Source of the DNA: an uncultured Prolixibacteraceae bacterium
GTDB lineage: Bacteria; Bacteroidota; Bacteroidia; Bacteroidales; Prolixibacteraceae
Direction of reading: 5' to 3'
DNA: 56,871 bases
Assembly (NCBI GenBank): GCA_964565015.1
Contig: CAZMDP010000001.1
Coordinates: forward strand, 1 to 56,871
Shown here in pieces: positions 27,750-37,827 of the stretch (the first letter of the stretch is position 1; each line of letters opens with the position of its first letter). A model generated the notes under the pieces. It had not been told where the DNA came from. It saw nothing but the letters and a program-made list of their open reading frames with translations, and did not search any database. The position numbers and the translations under genes were made by a program.

Positions 27750-28078
27750 TGTCGGTACTCAACGAAATAATAAACAAACATGTTCCTGATCGCAAGGGAA
27801 CTCATGTTTTTATTCGCCGGCAGGATATAGCCAAAATCTGCCGCGAGTATGCGGATGCAGTAATTAATAAACAAGAAAAATCAATCGAAAGAAAAAACCA
27901 GGATTTCGCACGGGGTTATAAACTTGGATATATGCACCGCTCAGCAGCCGAATACAACGAAACTATGCGCCTGTACTGGTTAAGATTTGTGGCCAACTCT
28001 TCCGAACAATCATACGAGCCACAAGTAACAAACCTCAAACTGGTAGAACCCGAAGTAATAATCAAACCTACATCTTAG
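27749..28078 (+). CDS. hypothetical protein
   Basis: 109 aa, converges on the integrase. Confidence 0.55.
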   Translation: MSVLNEIINKHVPDRKGTHVFIRRQDIAKICREYADAVINKQEKSIERKNQDFARGYKLGYMHRSAAEYNETMRLYWLRFVANSSEQSYEPQVTNLKLVEPEVIIKPTS

Positions 28079-29192
28079 GATATTTCTCATTAAAGCCAGG
28101 CATTACTTCGCGCCTGAATCGTTTTATATACTGCTCTGTCTGTTCCAGGCTATGGTGTCTTAAATGAAGCTGCAGTTCACGCAACGGAATTCCGGCATCA
28201 CTTGCCATTCCGGCTGCATTGTGTTTCAGCTTGTAAATCGTTTCCGAAATCCCGTTCGCATCCGCCCACTTGCGCCAGCGTTCTGCTATTCTGGTCGGCG
28301 CTATTTCTTTAGTGCCCGGTTTCAGGTGCCTCGAAAAAACATAGGTTTCCCGGTGCAGCTTCTTTAAACCCAATTGCTTTAAATCTTCAACCAGTTCAGG
28401 CGAAGGAATATTTACCCAGGCATTTTTCTTGTTTTTGGTAATACGCCCATCAAGCAGTATCCCATCCATATCGGTAATAATATTGTAAACTTTCAGCCTA
28501 ACAATCTCCTGTGGCCTTAGTGCACAATAAAATACCAGGGCAGCACAAACCCACAGTTCAAAATCATCTTCACGCAATTTAGTCCTAACCTTTTTCAGTT
28601 CATCTTCGGTAAACATCACTATACTTGCATCAGTTTCGGGCAAAAGGTCAACAGCCCGCCATGGATTTATGTGAACATTAAACCGTTTGTTCATCATATT
28701 CCACATGGTACGCAGATCATTAATCATGTTATTGTGTGTGCGGTTGCCCAGCTGCATATTCTCAATCATATAATCAGAAAACTGCTGAGCCACCATAGCC
28801 GAAACATCTTCAACAGCCAGGTCCTTTAACTTGCGCGAAATCAAAAACTTTTCAAGTTTGGTAACTGCATCCTTATAGCTTGTATAGGTTCTCGGGCGTG
28901 AAGTCGCCTTTTTCAGAGCCAGGATTCTGCTTATTGCAGTCAGGGCATTGGTTTTGCCCATGCTTTCCGAAGCAAAAGGATTTCCACCCATAGCCAGCCA
29001 TTCATTCCGTTCCGCAATCAGCTGGTCTGCTTTCGTCCTTCGGGCAGTACCCGTTTTAAGTTTCATCGAAATATACTGCCTGAACGGAACCATAACTTCC
29101 TTTTCGGGGTGCATAAACATATACTCAACGTACCACTGTTTATTCAGGTCATTGCCCCGGTCATTCAGTTTGGCCTTTTTAAATTTCTCCAT
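28068..29192 (-). CDS. int: phage tyrosine integrase (Bacteroidota type)
   Basis: N-terminal arm-binding region (WYVEY); ALRPQEI, KNKK, YKLKH, LRH and TEQY; start reassigned to MEKFKK. Confidence 0.9.
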   Translation of the reverse strand: MEKFKKAKLNDRGNDLNKQWYVEYMFMHPEKEVMVPFRQYISMKLKTGTARRTKADQLIAERNEWLAMGGNPFASESMGKTNALTAISRILALKKATSRPRTYTSYKDAVTKLEKFLISRKLKDLAVEDVSAMVAQQFSDYMIENMQLGNRTHNNMINDLRTMWNMMNKRFNVHINPWRAVDLLPETDASIVMFTEDELKKVRTKLREDDFELWVCAALVFYCALRPQEIVRLKVYNIITDMDGILLDGRITKNKKNAWVNIPSPELVEDLKQLGLKKLHRETYVFSRHLKPGTKEIAPTRIAERWRKWADANGISETIYKLKHNAAGMASDAGIPLRELQLHLRHHSLEQTEQYIKRFRREVMPGFNEKYPKM

Positions 29193-29271
29193 AAAAACCT
29201 CCAAAAAAGTATAAACACCCAACAACTATAAACATATTTCCAGCCTGCATATAAGGTATAACCTCTGTGTT

Positions 29272-29303
29272 AAAACAAAGGCGTTTACAAATCGTAAACG
29301 CCT
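29272..29303 (-). terminator. terminator between attP core and int
   Basis: Perfect 10-bp stem AGGCGTTTAC/GTAAACGCCT followed by TTGTTTT on the minus strand. Confidence 0.65.
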
Positions 29304-29327
29304 CATTTACAACACCATGTAGTGTAT

Positions 29328-29345
29328 TGGTAGCGGGAGCAGGAC
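29328..29345 (-). other. attP core (tRNA 3' end, probably initiator tRNA-Met)
   Basis: Minus strand reads GTCCTGCTCCCGCTACCA (T-stem, acceptor strand and CCA); TGTGTTAA repeats at 29266, 29428 and 29440 could be arm sites. Confidence 0.7.
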
Positions 29346-29518
29346 CCGCTACACCATGCAACAATACCTCATTTCCAGTCACTTGCATATTTGTTATTCC
29401 CCCTTTTAATACCACTTTAGCACTCCCTGTGTTAATTTATGTGTTAATTTTTAACCTTTAACAAACTATCCATCAGTGCATTATAGTAAATTTCAATACA
29501 CTTTAGTTGTTAATTCTT

Positions 29519-29884
29519 TTACTTCCCGGAACTTTCCTTTACGCCGATATTGTTACTCTCGATCATTTTATGAAGAAATTCTATCTGCCTTGTCATTCGG
29601 GTGCGATCCTCGTTCCATTTCTCCATCAGATCATCATATACACGTTTACTTACATACCCATATTGAGGCTTTTGTTCCTGAACCACAGTAACTTCCTCTC
29701 CTGTCCACCAGTAAGCAGGTGATACACCAAGCGCTGCACTGATTCGTTCCAGTGTATCCACATTAGTGTTCTTATTTTTTATCATCTTGTAATAAGTTGC
29801 GTTTGCTATCCCGCAAGCTGCTATGAACTCCGAAACAAACGCAAATCGCTCATTTACAAGTTTTTCAATCCTCGTGTAATCCAC
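29519..29884 (-). CDS. XRE-family HTH repressor (CI-like)
   Basis: FIAACGIANATYY...TLERISAALGVSPAYW; divergent from the early operon. Confidence 0.8.
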   Translation of the reverse strand: MDYTRIEKLVNERFAFVSEFIAACGIANATYYKMIKNKNTNVDTLERISAALGVSPAYWWTGEEVTVVQEQKPQYGYVSKRVYDDLMEKWNEDRTRMTRQIEFLHKMIESNNIGVKESSGK

Positions 29885-29901
29885 TTTTTAACTCCTTTCT
29901 T

Positions 29902-29997
29902 ATTTAGAATTACTCTAAATTACACAAAGCCTCCACTTTTTTTATCTACTTTAGTTGACTTTTGAAAACTTTAGTGTACTTTAGCAGCACAAACTTT
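29902..29997. promoter_or_regulatory. lysis/lysogeny switch operator region
   Basis: Palindrome ATTTAGA-N5-TCTAAAT 29902-29920; ACTTT at 29948, 29958, 29968 and 29978. Confidence 0.6.
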
Positions 29998-30017
29998 ACA
30001 CCAAATTAGCACAAATT

Positions 30018-30272
30018 ATGCACACTTGCAAGTTAAAAAAAGCTAAATCTACTAAGGCACTCCCCGACATCTCTGCCCAACTACCCACTAACTACGTGCA
30101 AACCACATGGTTAGAACTAAACCAGAAGTACTCTAAATCCTTCATTCAAAAGGTCGCAAAGGGCAAAAGATTTAATAATGAGATACTAATGGCGCTCATT
30201 TCACTTGCCGAAAAGCATGGCCAGCAGCTCAAAAACATCCAGGACAAGATCAACCAGTTAAATCAACAATAG
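30018..30272 (+). CDS. Cro-like small DNA-binding protein
   Basis: First gene divergent from the repressor; YSKSFIQKVAKGKRFN. Confidence 0.55.
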   Translation: MHTCKLKKAKSTKALPDISAQLPTNYVQTTWLELNQKYSKSFIQKVAKGKRFNNEILMALISLAEKHGQQLKNIQDKINQLNQQ

Positions 30273-30285
30273 TAAAATTACACCC

Positions 30286-30504
30286 ATGTTTAAGCTAAAC
30301 CTCTCCCGCAGCAACATCGCTCAGCGTAAAACCAAACGCAGGTACAAAATTGAGTACAACATCACCATTAATGGCGAAGAATACTTCCGCGAAGTTCATG
30401 TTATGGCCGTTTCCGAAGCCGATGCTCATGGACAGCTCAGAGCCAAGTTCCCGGTTGACATGCTCAACGATATTACAATCATCAACACAACCCCACTGCG
30501 ATGA
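30286..30504 (+). CDS. hypothetical protein
   Basis: 72 aa, early operon. Confidence 0.6.
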   Translation: MFKLNLSRSNIAQRKTKRRYKIEYNITINGEEYFREVHVMAVSEADAHGQLRAKFPVDMLNDITIINTTPLR

Positions 30505-30740
30505 AAGCAATCGCCTGCATTTTTCTCGCTGCAGTTCTTTTCGACTGCACTTTCATTGCCTTTAACCTTTTCAGGCACATCAGGTACATGCAAAACCTCA
30601 AATCAGGAGCAAAATGCAGGTTTTTTATCGGTGAGGATAAAATATACGGAACTGTTCAAAAAGTCTGTAAAAACAAGGTCAGAATAATTTCAGGCAGCAA
30701 AATTTTCATAACCTCGGTTAAAAACATTTATCCATTATGA
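30501..30740 (+). CDS. hypothetical membrane-anchored protein
   Basis: ATGA coupling, N-terminal hydrophobic segment. Confidence 0.6.
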   Translation: MKAIACIFLAAVLFDCTFIAFNLFRHIRYMQNLKSGAKCRFFIGEDKIYGTVQKVCKNKVRIISGSKIFITSVKNIYPL

Positions 30741-30889
30741 CAATTCAGCAAACTGCACAAAAAATAAAAAAGGTCAATGCCATCATCAAGGCGCAGGACC
30801 CTAAATTCTGCACCCGCGAACTTTCGCTTTACCGCGAAAAATATAAACGAGGCCTTTTTAAACATTATTTCTCACTCATAAACCTTTAA
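30737..30889 (+). CDS. 50-aa hypothetical protein (not in ORF track)
   Basis: MTIQQTAQKIKKVNAII...; ATGA-coupled and fills the gap. Confidence 0.5.
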   Translation: MTIQQTAQKIKKVNAIIKAQDPKFCTRELSLYREKYKRGLFKHYFSLINL

Positions 30890-30894
30890 ACCAA

Positions 30895-31206
30895 ATGGAA
30901 GAACAATTCAAAACCTGGGCAGTTGTCGAGCTTTTTGGCCATACCAAAATTGCAGGCGAAGTATCCGAAAAATCTCTCGCAGGTGGCGCAATGCTTCGTA
31001 TTGATGTCCCCGAAATCCCCGGAAACCCCGCTTTTACAAGATTTGTAAACATCTCGGCAGTATATGCAATTAATCCGGTTGATCCCGATACTGCTAAACA
31101 AGCCGCAGCCAGTCTTATGGTTAAACCAATTGAATCATGGGACATTCGTAAAATGCTCGAAAAATTAAGAGCTCTGCCAGAGCCTTCTTCAGAACCAGAG
31201 TACTAA
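30895..31206 (+). CDS. conserved hypothetical phage protein
   Basis: WAVVELFGH.KIAG.V.E...LRIDVP motif. Confidence 0.75.
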   Translation: MEEQFKTWAVVELFGHTKIAGEVSEKSLAGGAMLRIDVPEIPGNPAFTRFVNISAVYAINPVDPDTAKQAAASLMVKPIESWDIRKMLEKLRALPEPSSEPEY

Positions 31207-31224
31207 TCACCAAAATCACAAACC

Positions 31225-32199
31225 ATGCAATCAACTGCCATCGAATGGGCCGAAAGAGTTTGGAATCCGATCACCGGATGCTCCTTTGGCTGCGAATACT
31301 GCTACGCACGCAAATTCGCAAACCGAATGAAATTCAACCCAAACCCCCTGGTAAAAGAAAAATACAAAGAGGGTTTTAAACCCGTGGTTCACCACGAGCT
31401 CTTTAATGAACCCGCTCTGTGGCGAAAACCCTCGCGCGTTTTTGTAGCCTCTATGGGCGATCTGTTCGACCCGGCAATCCAATTCAGCGATCTGCACAAA
31501 TTATTCAAGGTAATGCAGATGTATGGAGTTCACAAATACATCATTCTCACAAAGCAACCCGCCAGAATGAAACAATTTGTCCGTGAGTTTATTTCTTTCA
31601 ACGGACTCGACGAAATGCCAGCCAATATCTGGATGGGTGTTTCTGCATCAAATCAGCAGGAAACCGACGATCGCCTGCGTATCCTTATCAAAACCCCTGT
31701 GCGCGTTAAAATTATCAGCCTCGAGCCGCTCACAGGTCCGGTTTCTCTTTTCCAGCCTGTTCCGGCATGGAATAACAAAATCATGCAGTTCCTTTTCGGG
31801 CACGAAATTTACTTCATCAAACATCTCAGCTGGGTTATTCTCGGCGGTATGACTGGCCACAACGCCAAACCCATGCACCCGCATTGGGTTACACTTATCC
31901 GAAATCAATGCCTATACCACAGTGTACCTTTCTTCTTCAAAGGCTGGGGCGCATATTACACCAAATGGTTTGATAATGTTAGCGGTCCTGTATTCAGGTA
32001 TTTCAAAAACTATCGCGAATGGGTTGAAAAACCCTTGGTACGAAAAGGCGACAAACTGGTTTCTCCACTGGGCAAATACCCTGGCTATGGCAAAGAAATA
32101 CGTGAAAGCGATTTCCCCCTCGCAATTATGACACCCGTAAAACCAGGCGTACACATCCGCGATATTGATAACCATATTTTCAGTCAGTTCCCAAAATAA
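31225..32199 (+). CDS. Gp37Gp68 / DUF5131-family protein
   Basis: IEW...WNPITGCSFGCEYCYA, VFVASMGDLF, LTK.P.R, S.EPL, WVILGG and PFFFK.WG. Confidence 0.85.
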   Translation: MQSTAIEWAERVWNPITGCSFGCEYCYARKFANRMKFNPNPLVKEKYKEGFKPVVHHELFNEPALWRKPSRVFVASMGDLFDPAIQFSDLHKLFKVMQMYGVHKYIILTKQPARMKQFVREFISFNGLDEMPANIWMGVSASNQQETDDRLRILIKTPVRVKIISLEPLTGPVSLFQPVPAWNNKIMQFLFGHEIYFIKHLSWVILGGMTGHNAKPMHPHWVTLIRNQCLYHSVPFFFKGWGAYYTKWFDNVSGPVFRYFKNYREWVEKPLVRKGDKLVSPLGKYPGYGKEIRESDFPLAIMTPVKPGVHIRDIDNHIFSQFPK

Positions 32200-32205
32200 C
32201 CGAAA

Positions 32206-32805
32206 ATGCACTACACGCCATTAAAGGAGCTGCCGTTCGGGCATATGATTACTTCTTCGGGTACTGTGGTTGATTTATTTAACCCAAACCCCGAACTTAT
32301 CTCCATAATGGATATTGCATCAAGCCTCAGTAAAATTTGCCGCTTTGGTGGAAACATAAACACATTTTACACCGTAGCTCAGCACAGCTGCCTGGTTGCA
32401 TGGCTTGCACCCGAAAAACTGAAACTCACCGCCATTCTGCACGATGCCTCCGAAGCCTATTGTGGCGATGTAATCAGGCCGCTTAAATTATTACTCGGCA
32501 CCAAATACACCAACATCGAAGAAGAATGGCAAAAAGCAATCTTCAGTAACTACAATCTCGACTACGATACAATACATCTGATCAAACAATATGACGATCA
32601 GGCGCTCGAAATGGAAGAAAAAGCACTGTTCCAAAATAGCCGCCTTTTCAAGGATGCAATTAAATACCAAAGTCAGATGTGGGCTTCTTATAAATCGGTA
32701 AACTGGTGGTGGGACTTCAGATTCGCTCACCTGGCTTACCTCGAAACTTTTCACAAAATCAATGGCAACTACAAAAAAAACCTCAAATGGATCAAGAAAT
32801 TTTAA
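32206..32805 (+). CDS. HD-domain phosphohydrolase (YfbR/5'-deoxynucleotidase-like)
   Basis: CRFGG, YTVAQHS, LHDASEAY.GD..RPLK. Confidence 0.85.
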   Translation: MHYTPLKELPFGHMITSSGTVVDLFNPNPELISIMDIASSLSKICRFGGNINTFYTVAQHSCLVAWLAPEKLKLTAILHDASEAYCGDVIRPLKLLLGTKYTNIEEEWQKAIFSNYNLDYDTIHLIKQYDDQALEMEEKALFQNSRLFKDAIKYQSQMWASYKSVNWWWDFRFAHLAYLETFHKINGNYKKNLKWIKKF

Positions 32806-33284
32806 TTCAGGTTGTCGAAAACCTCGCCAACGTAACAACCTTGTCATGCAGAATGATCAGGGAACTTATCGAAAAAAACAAACAGTTAACGGTTGATGCG
32901 AAGTTAAATGATGCAATCAATAATTATTTAACTCAGGATAATTCTGCCCACATTGCCGTACTGAATACACGCATCAGCAAACTGGAACAGATTATCAATA
33001 TTTTGTCGCCTTCTCAATCCACAGGTGCACCTTTCGACGAACCGGATACTTTTAATCCCGAAGAAAGCAAATGTTTGGTGTGCGGAAATCCGGTTAAGCC
33101 AGGCCGCAAAGTTTGCTCAAACAAATGCAGGGGCGAGTTCGCTTCTAAAACGCGCGAGCTGAAAAAACTCAAAAAGCTGCCCGATCTGCCAAAACCTGAG
33201 CCTGAGCCTGGTATTCTTCCCGAAAACCCTAAGCAACCAGCACAACAGCCCGAAGCAAACCATAAAACCGAATCGGGAAACTAA
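32787..33284 (+). CDS. zinc-ribbon hypothetical protein
   Basis: CLVCG...VCSNKC; start reassigned to MDQEILIQ. Confidence 0.65.
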   Translation: MDQEILIQVVENLANVTTLSCRMIRELIEKNKQLTVDAKLNDAINNYLTQDNSAHIAVLNTRISKLEQIINILSPSQSTGAPFDEPDTFNPEESKCLVCGNPVKPGRKVCSNKCRGEFASKTRELKKLKKLPDLPKPEPEPGILPENPKQPAQQPEANHKTESGN

Positions 33285-33400
33285 TTATCCCGCCTCACCC
33301 TTCCGATATTCTCATTCAAAGGTTGAGGCGGGAGTATCCCCTGCAGGCAATAGACAGGCCTGTTCACTATCACGATTAATAACTAATTTCTTATCTGCGT

Positions 33401-35008
33401 ATGATTACAGCTGGCGATTTTCTTGCAGGCGGTGGAGGCGTTACTTATGCTTTACGCCAAATAAAAAATGTACAGGTTAAGTTTGTCCTCAATCACGATA
33501 AAGAGGCAATCCGCACAAACCTGTTCAACAATAAAGGCATAAAACACTTTTGGGCCGACATTTACAAACAAGACGAGCACGAAGTTCCACAGGTTGATTT
33601 CTTCTGGGCTTCCATTGAGTGCACTCAACATTCCAAAGCCAATGGCGGCCGTGAAAAAAAGATCGGAAGCTATACCCTCGGATGGGAACTGATCAGATAC
33701 ATCAGGCACGGTAAACCCCTCGTGGTGGGTATCGAAAACGTACCCGAATTTAAAAAATGGGCGCCTCTCGATCATAACGGTCAACCAGATAAAACCAAAA
33801 TCGGACAGGAATTCATCAGATGGAAAAATGCAATCTGTGCTCTCGGCTATGAGTACCACGAAAAAATTATGAATGCCGCCGATTACGGAATCCCCGAAAG
33901 AAGAATACGATACTTCGCTTTCTTTACTCGCATCGAGCTGCAAATGGATATTAACTGGCCGGCTCAGACTCACTCCAAAACAGGCTCAAAAGGACTTAAA
34001 AAATGGGAAGCCTGCAAGTCTTTTATCAACATTACCGACGAAGGCGAAAGCATATTCGGCCGCGAATTTAACCCAAACATAAAAAAAGGCAAGCGTAAGC
34101 CGCTCGTCCCAAACACCCTCAAGCGTATTGCCGGCGGCATTAAAAAGTATGCCTCAGAACTCAGCTTCATTTTTCAGTATTACGGCTCTGGCAATAATGT
34201 ACAGTCATTATACAAACCGCTCAATACCATCGTAACCAAGGACAGGCATGTACTCGTAACAGTCGAAAAAACACAGTTCATCGCCGATCATTGCCACCAG
34301 GATAAATACTGCTCGGTTTCCGATCCGCTCAACCCTATTCTTACACGCGAAGAAAAACGCCTGGTAACTCTCGAAAAAATTCAGTTCCTCAACGATTATT
34401 ATGGCCGCGATTGCACCGCACACGATCTCAACGGTCCTGCAAATGCCATTACCACCGAAAACTCAAAACACCTCGTTACAATCACCAAACGCTTCTTTTC
34501 AAAATACTACTCAGGCGACCAGCACCACGCTTTTCCACCCGAAGAGCCTTACCACACAATCAGAACCAAAGATGGTACTGCTCTTATAAGTCTGAATGCA
34601 CAGCTTGTTCAAAACTTGCATGGCAACAGCGAAGATGAAAAAATTCAGTTCATCTCAAACTACTTTTCTGCTTCAGGAAACCAGCATACACAAAATCACA
34701 ACATCGAAGATCCGCTCGGAACCATTACAACAGGCCAAAACAAAAAAGCCCTGATCACCGCCTTAAAGCAAGGCAATGTTTATGTTGACTTCGACATACG
34801 TATGCGCTTCCTCAACCCCGAAGAATTAAGCCTGATCAGCACATTTCCACCAGGCTATTTTACCAACAGGCAGCTCGGGCTTTCCCGCAAAAAGCAAACT
34901 AAGCTCATTGGCAATGCCGTGCCACCTCAATGGGCTAAAATCATCATTCAGCCCGTAATCGAATCCCTCGACCACATAATTAACGCACAACAAAAACAAG
35001 TAATATGA
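33401..35008 (+). CDS. C5-cytosine DNA methyltransferase
   Basis: DFLAGGGG, SIECTQHS, ENVPEF, R.R and IGNAVPP; internal P..TI.T repeats. Confidence 0.9.
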   Translation: MITAGDFLAGGGGVTYALRQIKNVQVKFVLNHDKEAIRTNLFNNKGIKHFWADIYKQDEHEVPQVDFFWASIECTQHSKANGGREKKIGSYTLGWELIRYIRHGKPLVVGIENVPEFKKWAPLDHNGQPDKTKIGQEFIRWKNAICALGYEYHEKIMNAADYGIPERRIRYFAFFTRIELQMDINWPAQTHSKTGSKGLKKWEACKSFINITDEGESIFGREFNPNIKKGKRKPLVPNTLKRIAGGIKKYASELSFIFQYYGSGNNVQSLYKPLNTIVTKDRHVLVTVEKTQFIADHCHQDKYCSVSDPLNPILTREEKRLVTLEKIQFLNDYYGRDCTAHDLNGPANAITTENSKHLVTITKRFFSKYYSGDQHHAFPPEEPYHTIRTKDGTALISLNAQLVQNLHGNSEDEKIQFISNYFSASGNQHTQNHNIEDPLGTITTGQNKKALITALKQGNVYVDFDIRMRFLNPEELSLISTFPPGYFTNRQLGLSRKKQTKLIGNAVPPQWAKIIIQPVIESLDHIINAQQKQVI

Positions 35009-35865
35009 TTCCGGGAGAGAAAAAGAAAGCTAAATACTTGAACCTGATTTCTTATTTCGGGGGTAAATACCCGCATTTGAATTGGTTATTGCAACAATTT
35101 CCGAAAGGTAATTTTCATTTCGTTGATATTATGTGCGGATCTGCAAATGTCGCACTCAATGTTGATTATCCATTGGTTACTATTAATGATCTTAATGACG
35201 ATGTTATCAACCTTTTTGAAGTACTGCGAAATAACCACGATGAATTCTTAAGGCAGGTTTACTTCACTCCTTTTTCAAGATCTGAACTCTACAGAATTAT
35301 AGATGAATTTTCAGATGATTTTAGCTCAATAGAACGAGCCAGAAGGTTTTTTGTAAGATCACAACTTGGCTGGGGAGCCAATGGCAGTCAGAATAACCAC
35401 AAAGGCGCTGGCTTTGATTATATGATACAGCGTTATGGATTTTATCGGGTTGATAACTGGAATGTAAAACTTAAAAGACTTGCAGCTATTGCTGACAAAC
35501 TTCGCACATTTCAGATTGAACACAAAAATGCAATCGAACTTTTTGACAAAGTAAATAAACCCGGCACAATTGTCTACTTCGACCCACCTTATCTTCTCAG
35601 AACCAGAAAATCAAAAAAGCGATACAACCGTGAAGTTGGCGATGATTTTCATATTAAGCTATCAGAAAAACTAAAATCGGCTAATTGTCTTGTTGCTGTT
35701 TCTGGGTATGAAGACACTTTATACGACAACCTTTTCAAAGGCTTCTGTAAAACAATTGGGCCAATAAATAGGAAAAATGTCAAAAAAGAATTTCGCAAAG
35801 AATGCTTATGGTCAAATTATGACCCGGCAACATCTCAAGGAATATTAAAACTTAACTTAACCTAA
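35005..35865 (+). CDS. Dam-like (D12 class) N6-adenine DNA methyltransferase
   Basis: YFGGK, NDLN, YFDPPY, E.LW.NY. Confidence 0.9.
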   Translation: MIPGEKKKAKYLNLISYFGGKYPHLNWLLQQFPKGNFHFVDIMCGSANVALNVDYPLVTINDLNDDVINLFEVLRNNHDEFLRQVYFTPFSRSELYRIIDEFSDDFSSIERARRFFVRSQLGWGANGSQNNHKGAGFDYMIQRYGFYRVDNWNVKLKRLAAIADKLRTFQIEHKNAIELFDKVNKPGTIVYFDPPYLLRTRKSKKRYNREVGDDFHIKLSEKLKSANCLVAVSGYEDTLYDNLFKGFCKTIGPINRKNVKKEFRKECLWSNYDPATSQGILKLNLT

Positions 35866-35877
35866 ACTTCAAACCCA

Positions 35878-36231
35878 ATGAGCGAAAACAAAGCACCAAA
35901 CAACCAGGCCTGGAACCCGGTACAGCACACAGAGCACACCACAAAACCCTGTGAACAACAAGAAGTCCAAAAATGCGACTGCATGAACGAAGTATTAAAT
36001 AAAATTACCGACCATGTTATTAATTCTGAGATCGGGCGCTTCCGAACTGCTGAATTAAAATCTGCAGAATGGGAACACTGTTCAATCTATCCTCAAAAAA
36101 GGCTTTATTCAAATATAATATTCAAATACACATTTGAGAAAGCAAATGGTAGTAGAAGCCAGGTAAGAAACATGTACTCTTCAATATTCTACAGCTATTG
36201 CCCATTTTGTGGATTGAAATTAAAAAATTAA
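35878..36231 (+). CDS. hypothetical Cys-containing protein
   Basis: CDC...YCPFCG. Confidence 0.65.
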   Translation: MSENKAPNNQAWNPVQHTEHTTKPCEQQEVQKCDCMNEVLNKITDHVINSEIGRFRTAELKSAEWEHCSIYPQKRLYSNIIFKYTFEKANGSRSQVRNMYSSIFYSYCPFCGLKLKN

Positions 36232-36247
36232 CAAGGAGGCGTACACC

Positions 36248-36619
36248 ATGAAAATAATCGTCAAAGGCAAACTCGACCACGAACTTATTCGCATAGGCAT
36301 CAAACCAGGCCATGTACTTGATGTAAGGCCCGATCCAAAAAGCCAGGTTGGTGCAGTACATTTCACTGCATGGTACAACTCTTTCAGGTGCGACTGTGTA
36401 TTATACCCCGAAAACTATGAGGTTTTCCCCGAAAATATTACTGCTCGCCGCTTATTGCTCGTCCTCGGTATTGAACTACCACAAAACCCCGATGAAGAAA
36501 AATGGTACGGCATATATATGCCTCACCCAAAACCCGTTGATGAAAGTTTTGACGAATTCTATCAAAGGGTAATTATCGAAAAAAGATATGGAGAAACCCC
36601 TAAAACCAAAAAGCCATGA
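36248..36619 (+). CDS. hypothetical protein
   Basis: 123 aa, preceded by AGGAGG. Confidence 0.65.
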   Translation: MKIIVKGKLDHELIRIGIKPGHVLDVRPDPKSQVGAVHFTAWYNSFRCDCVLYPENYEVFPENITARRLLLVLGIELPQNPDEEKWYGIYMPHPKPVDESFDEFYQRVIIEKRYGETPKTKKP

Positions 36620-36888
36620 CCCAGGAAAAGCTCGAAAAAGCAACAGAACTAAACGCGAAAATCCTAAACATGAAAAAGAACCTCGAAATGTGCAATAATG
36701 CAATTCAGGAATGTGCAAATCCAAAACCTGGGCTCAATATTTACATCGAGGTATCCGATCGAAATCATAAAATTGCTGGATTTGAACTTAAAAATTCATT
36801 GCAATCAGTTTCAGACATCCTCTATAAAATATCCAGCGATTTAAACCTTGAAATTCAAAAGATCGAACACGAATTCAAACTACTTTAA
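36616..36888 (+). CDS. hypothetical protein
   Basis: ATGA-coupled, 90 aa. Confidence 0.65.
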   Translation: MTQEKLEKATELNAKILNMKKNLEMCNNAIQECANPKPGLNIYIEVSDRNHKIAGFELKNSLQSVSDILYKISSDLNLEIQKIEHEFKLL

Positions 36889-36891
36889 CCC

Positions 36892-37575
36892 ATGAACCCA
36901 AAATTCCACCCCATTCTCTTCCAACCCGAAATGGTACAGGCCAACCTTGCCGGCCGCAAAACCATGACCAGGCGAACCACCGGATTAAAGAAGATCAACA
37001 AAAATCCCGATGGGTATTACTTCCAGTCGCTTGTATTACATGCCACAGGCAGGTACACTTTTGCACCACAGGGCAACTACAACCCATCGGTATCAGACAT
37101 CATCGAAGTAAAATGCCCATACGGCAAACCCGGAGATTACCTGTGGGTGCGCGAAACATGGCAACATAGCAATCATCCGCTAAAGCAATTCTTATACAAA
37201 GCCTCAGTTGAAAAAGAAAGCTCTTTGTGCCTCAAATATAAAGCCTCTATCCACATGCCCAAAGAAGCTGCAAGAATCATCCTGCAGGTGGAAAATGTGC
37301 ATTTGGAAAGATTGCATGATATTACTGAAGGCGCTGCTATGGCCGAAGGCTTTGATCTTGATACAGGCAATACTGTCCAATCCGGCAGGGTAATGATGAT
37401 CAGCGCTTCCTATATAAGGTCTTTTAAGAATTTGTGGGTAAAAATCCACAGCCAGCAAAGCTGGGATCTAAACCCATGGCTCTGGGTAATCTCCTACAAA
37501 GTAATCAGCACAACAGGCTGTCCGGAAGAGTTGAAACCATTGCTTTATCAAACCGCTAAAAAATCAAAGAAATGA
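36892..37575 (+). CDS. ASCH/PUA-like phage protein
   Basis: PILF..EMV.A.L.GRKT.TRR, CPYG.PGD.LWVRET, SIHMPK, NPW.WV. Confidence 0.75.
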   Translation: MNPKFHPILFQPEMVQANLAGRKTMTRRTTGLKKINKNPDGYYFQSLVLHATGRYTFAPQGNYNPSVSDIIEVKCPYGKPGDYLWVRETWQHSNHPLKQFLYKASVEKESSLCLKYKASIHMPKEAARIILQVENVHLERLHDITEGAAMAEGFDLDTGNTVQSGRVMMISASYIRSFKNLWVKIHSQQSWDLNPWLWVISYKVISTTGCPEELKPLLYQTAKKSKK

Positions 37576-37826
37576 AAAAGAAAATTTACTTCTACAAAAG
37601 CTGGTTAGCATCGTTTCGGTTGCATGATTTAATACCATGCTTAGGTTTTTCAAGGAATGTTCAGGGATGGTTTTATACAAGAACATGGTCCGTTAATTTC
37701 CTTACCTACTGCCTTCAACTTTCTATCGTTAACACCAGCGATCTGAACGAAGAAAGAAGCATCGCACATGAAAAGAACTGTTTACGTGTGATGAATGCAG
37801 CAAAAAAATCCAAACAACCCAAGTAA
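37572..37826 (+). CDS. hypothetical protein
   Basis: ATGA-coupled, 84 aa. Confidence 0.55.
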   Translation: MKKKIYFYKSWLASFRLHDLIPCLGFSRNVQGWFYTRTWSVNFLTYCLQLSIVNTSDLNEERSIAHEKNCLRVMNAAKKSKQPK

Positions 37827-37827
37827 C

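Noticed and set aside
29179-29722. Short ORFs around attP
   Set aside because: They overlap attP, the terminator or the repressor and have no independent coding support.
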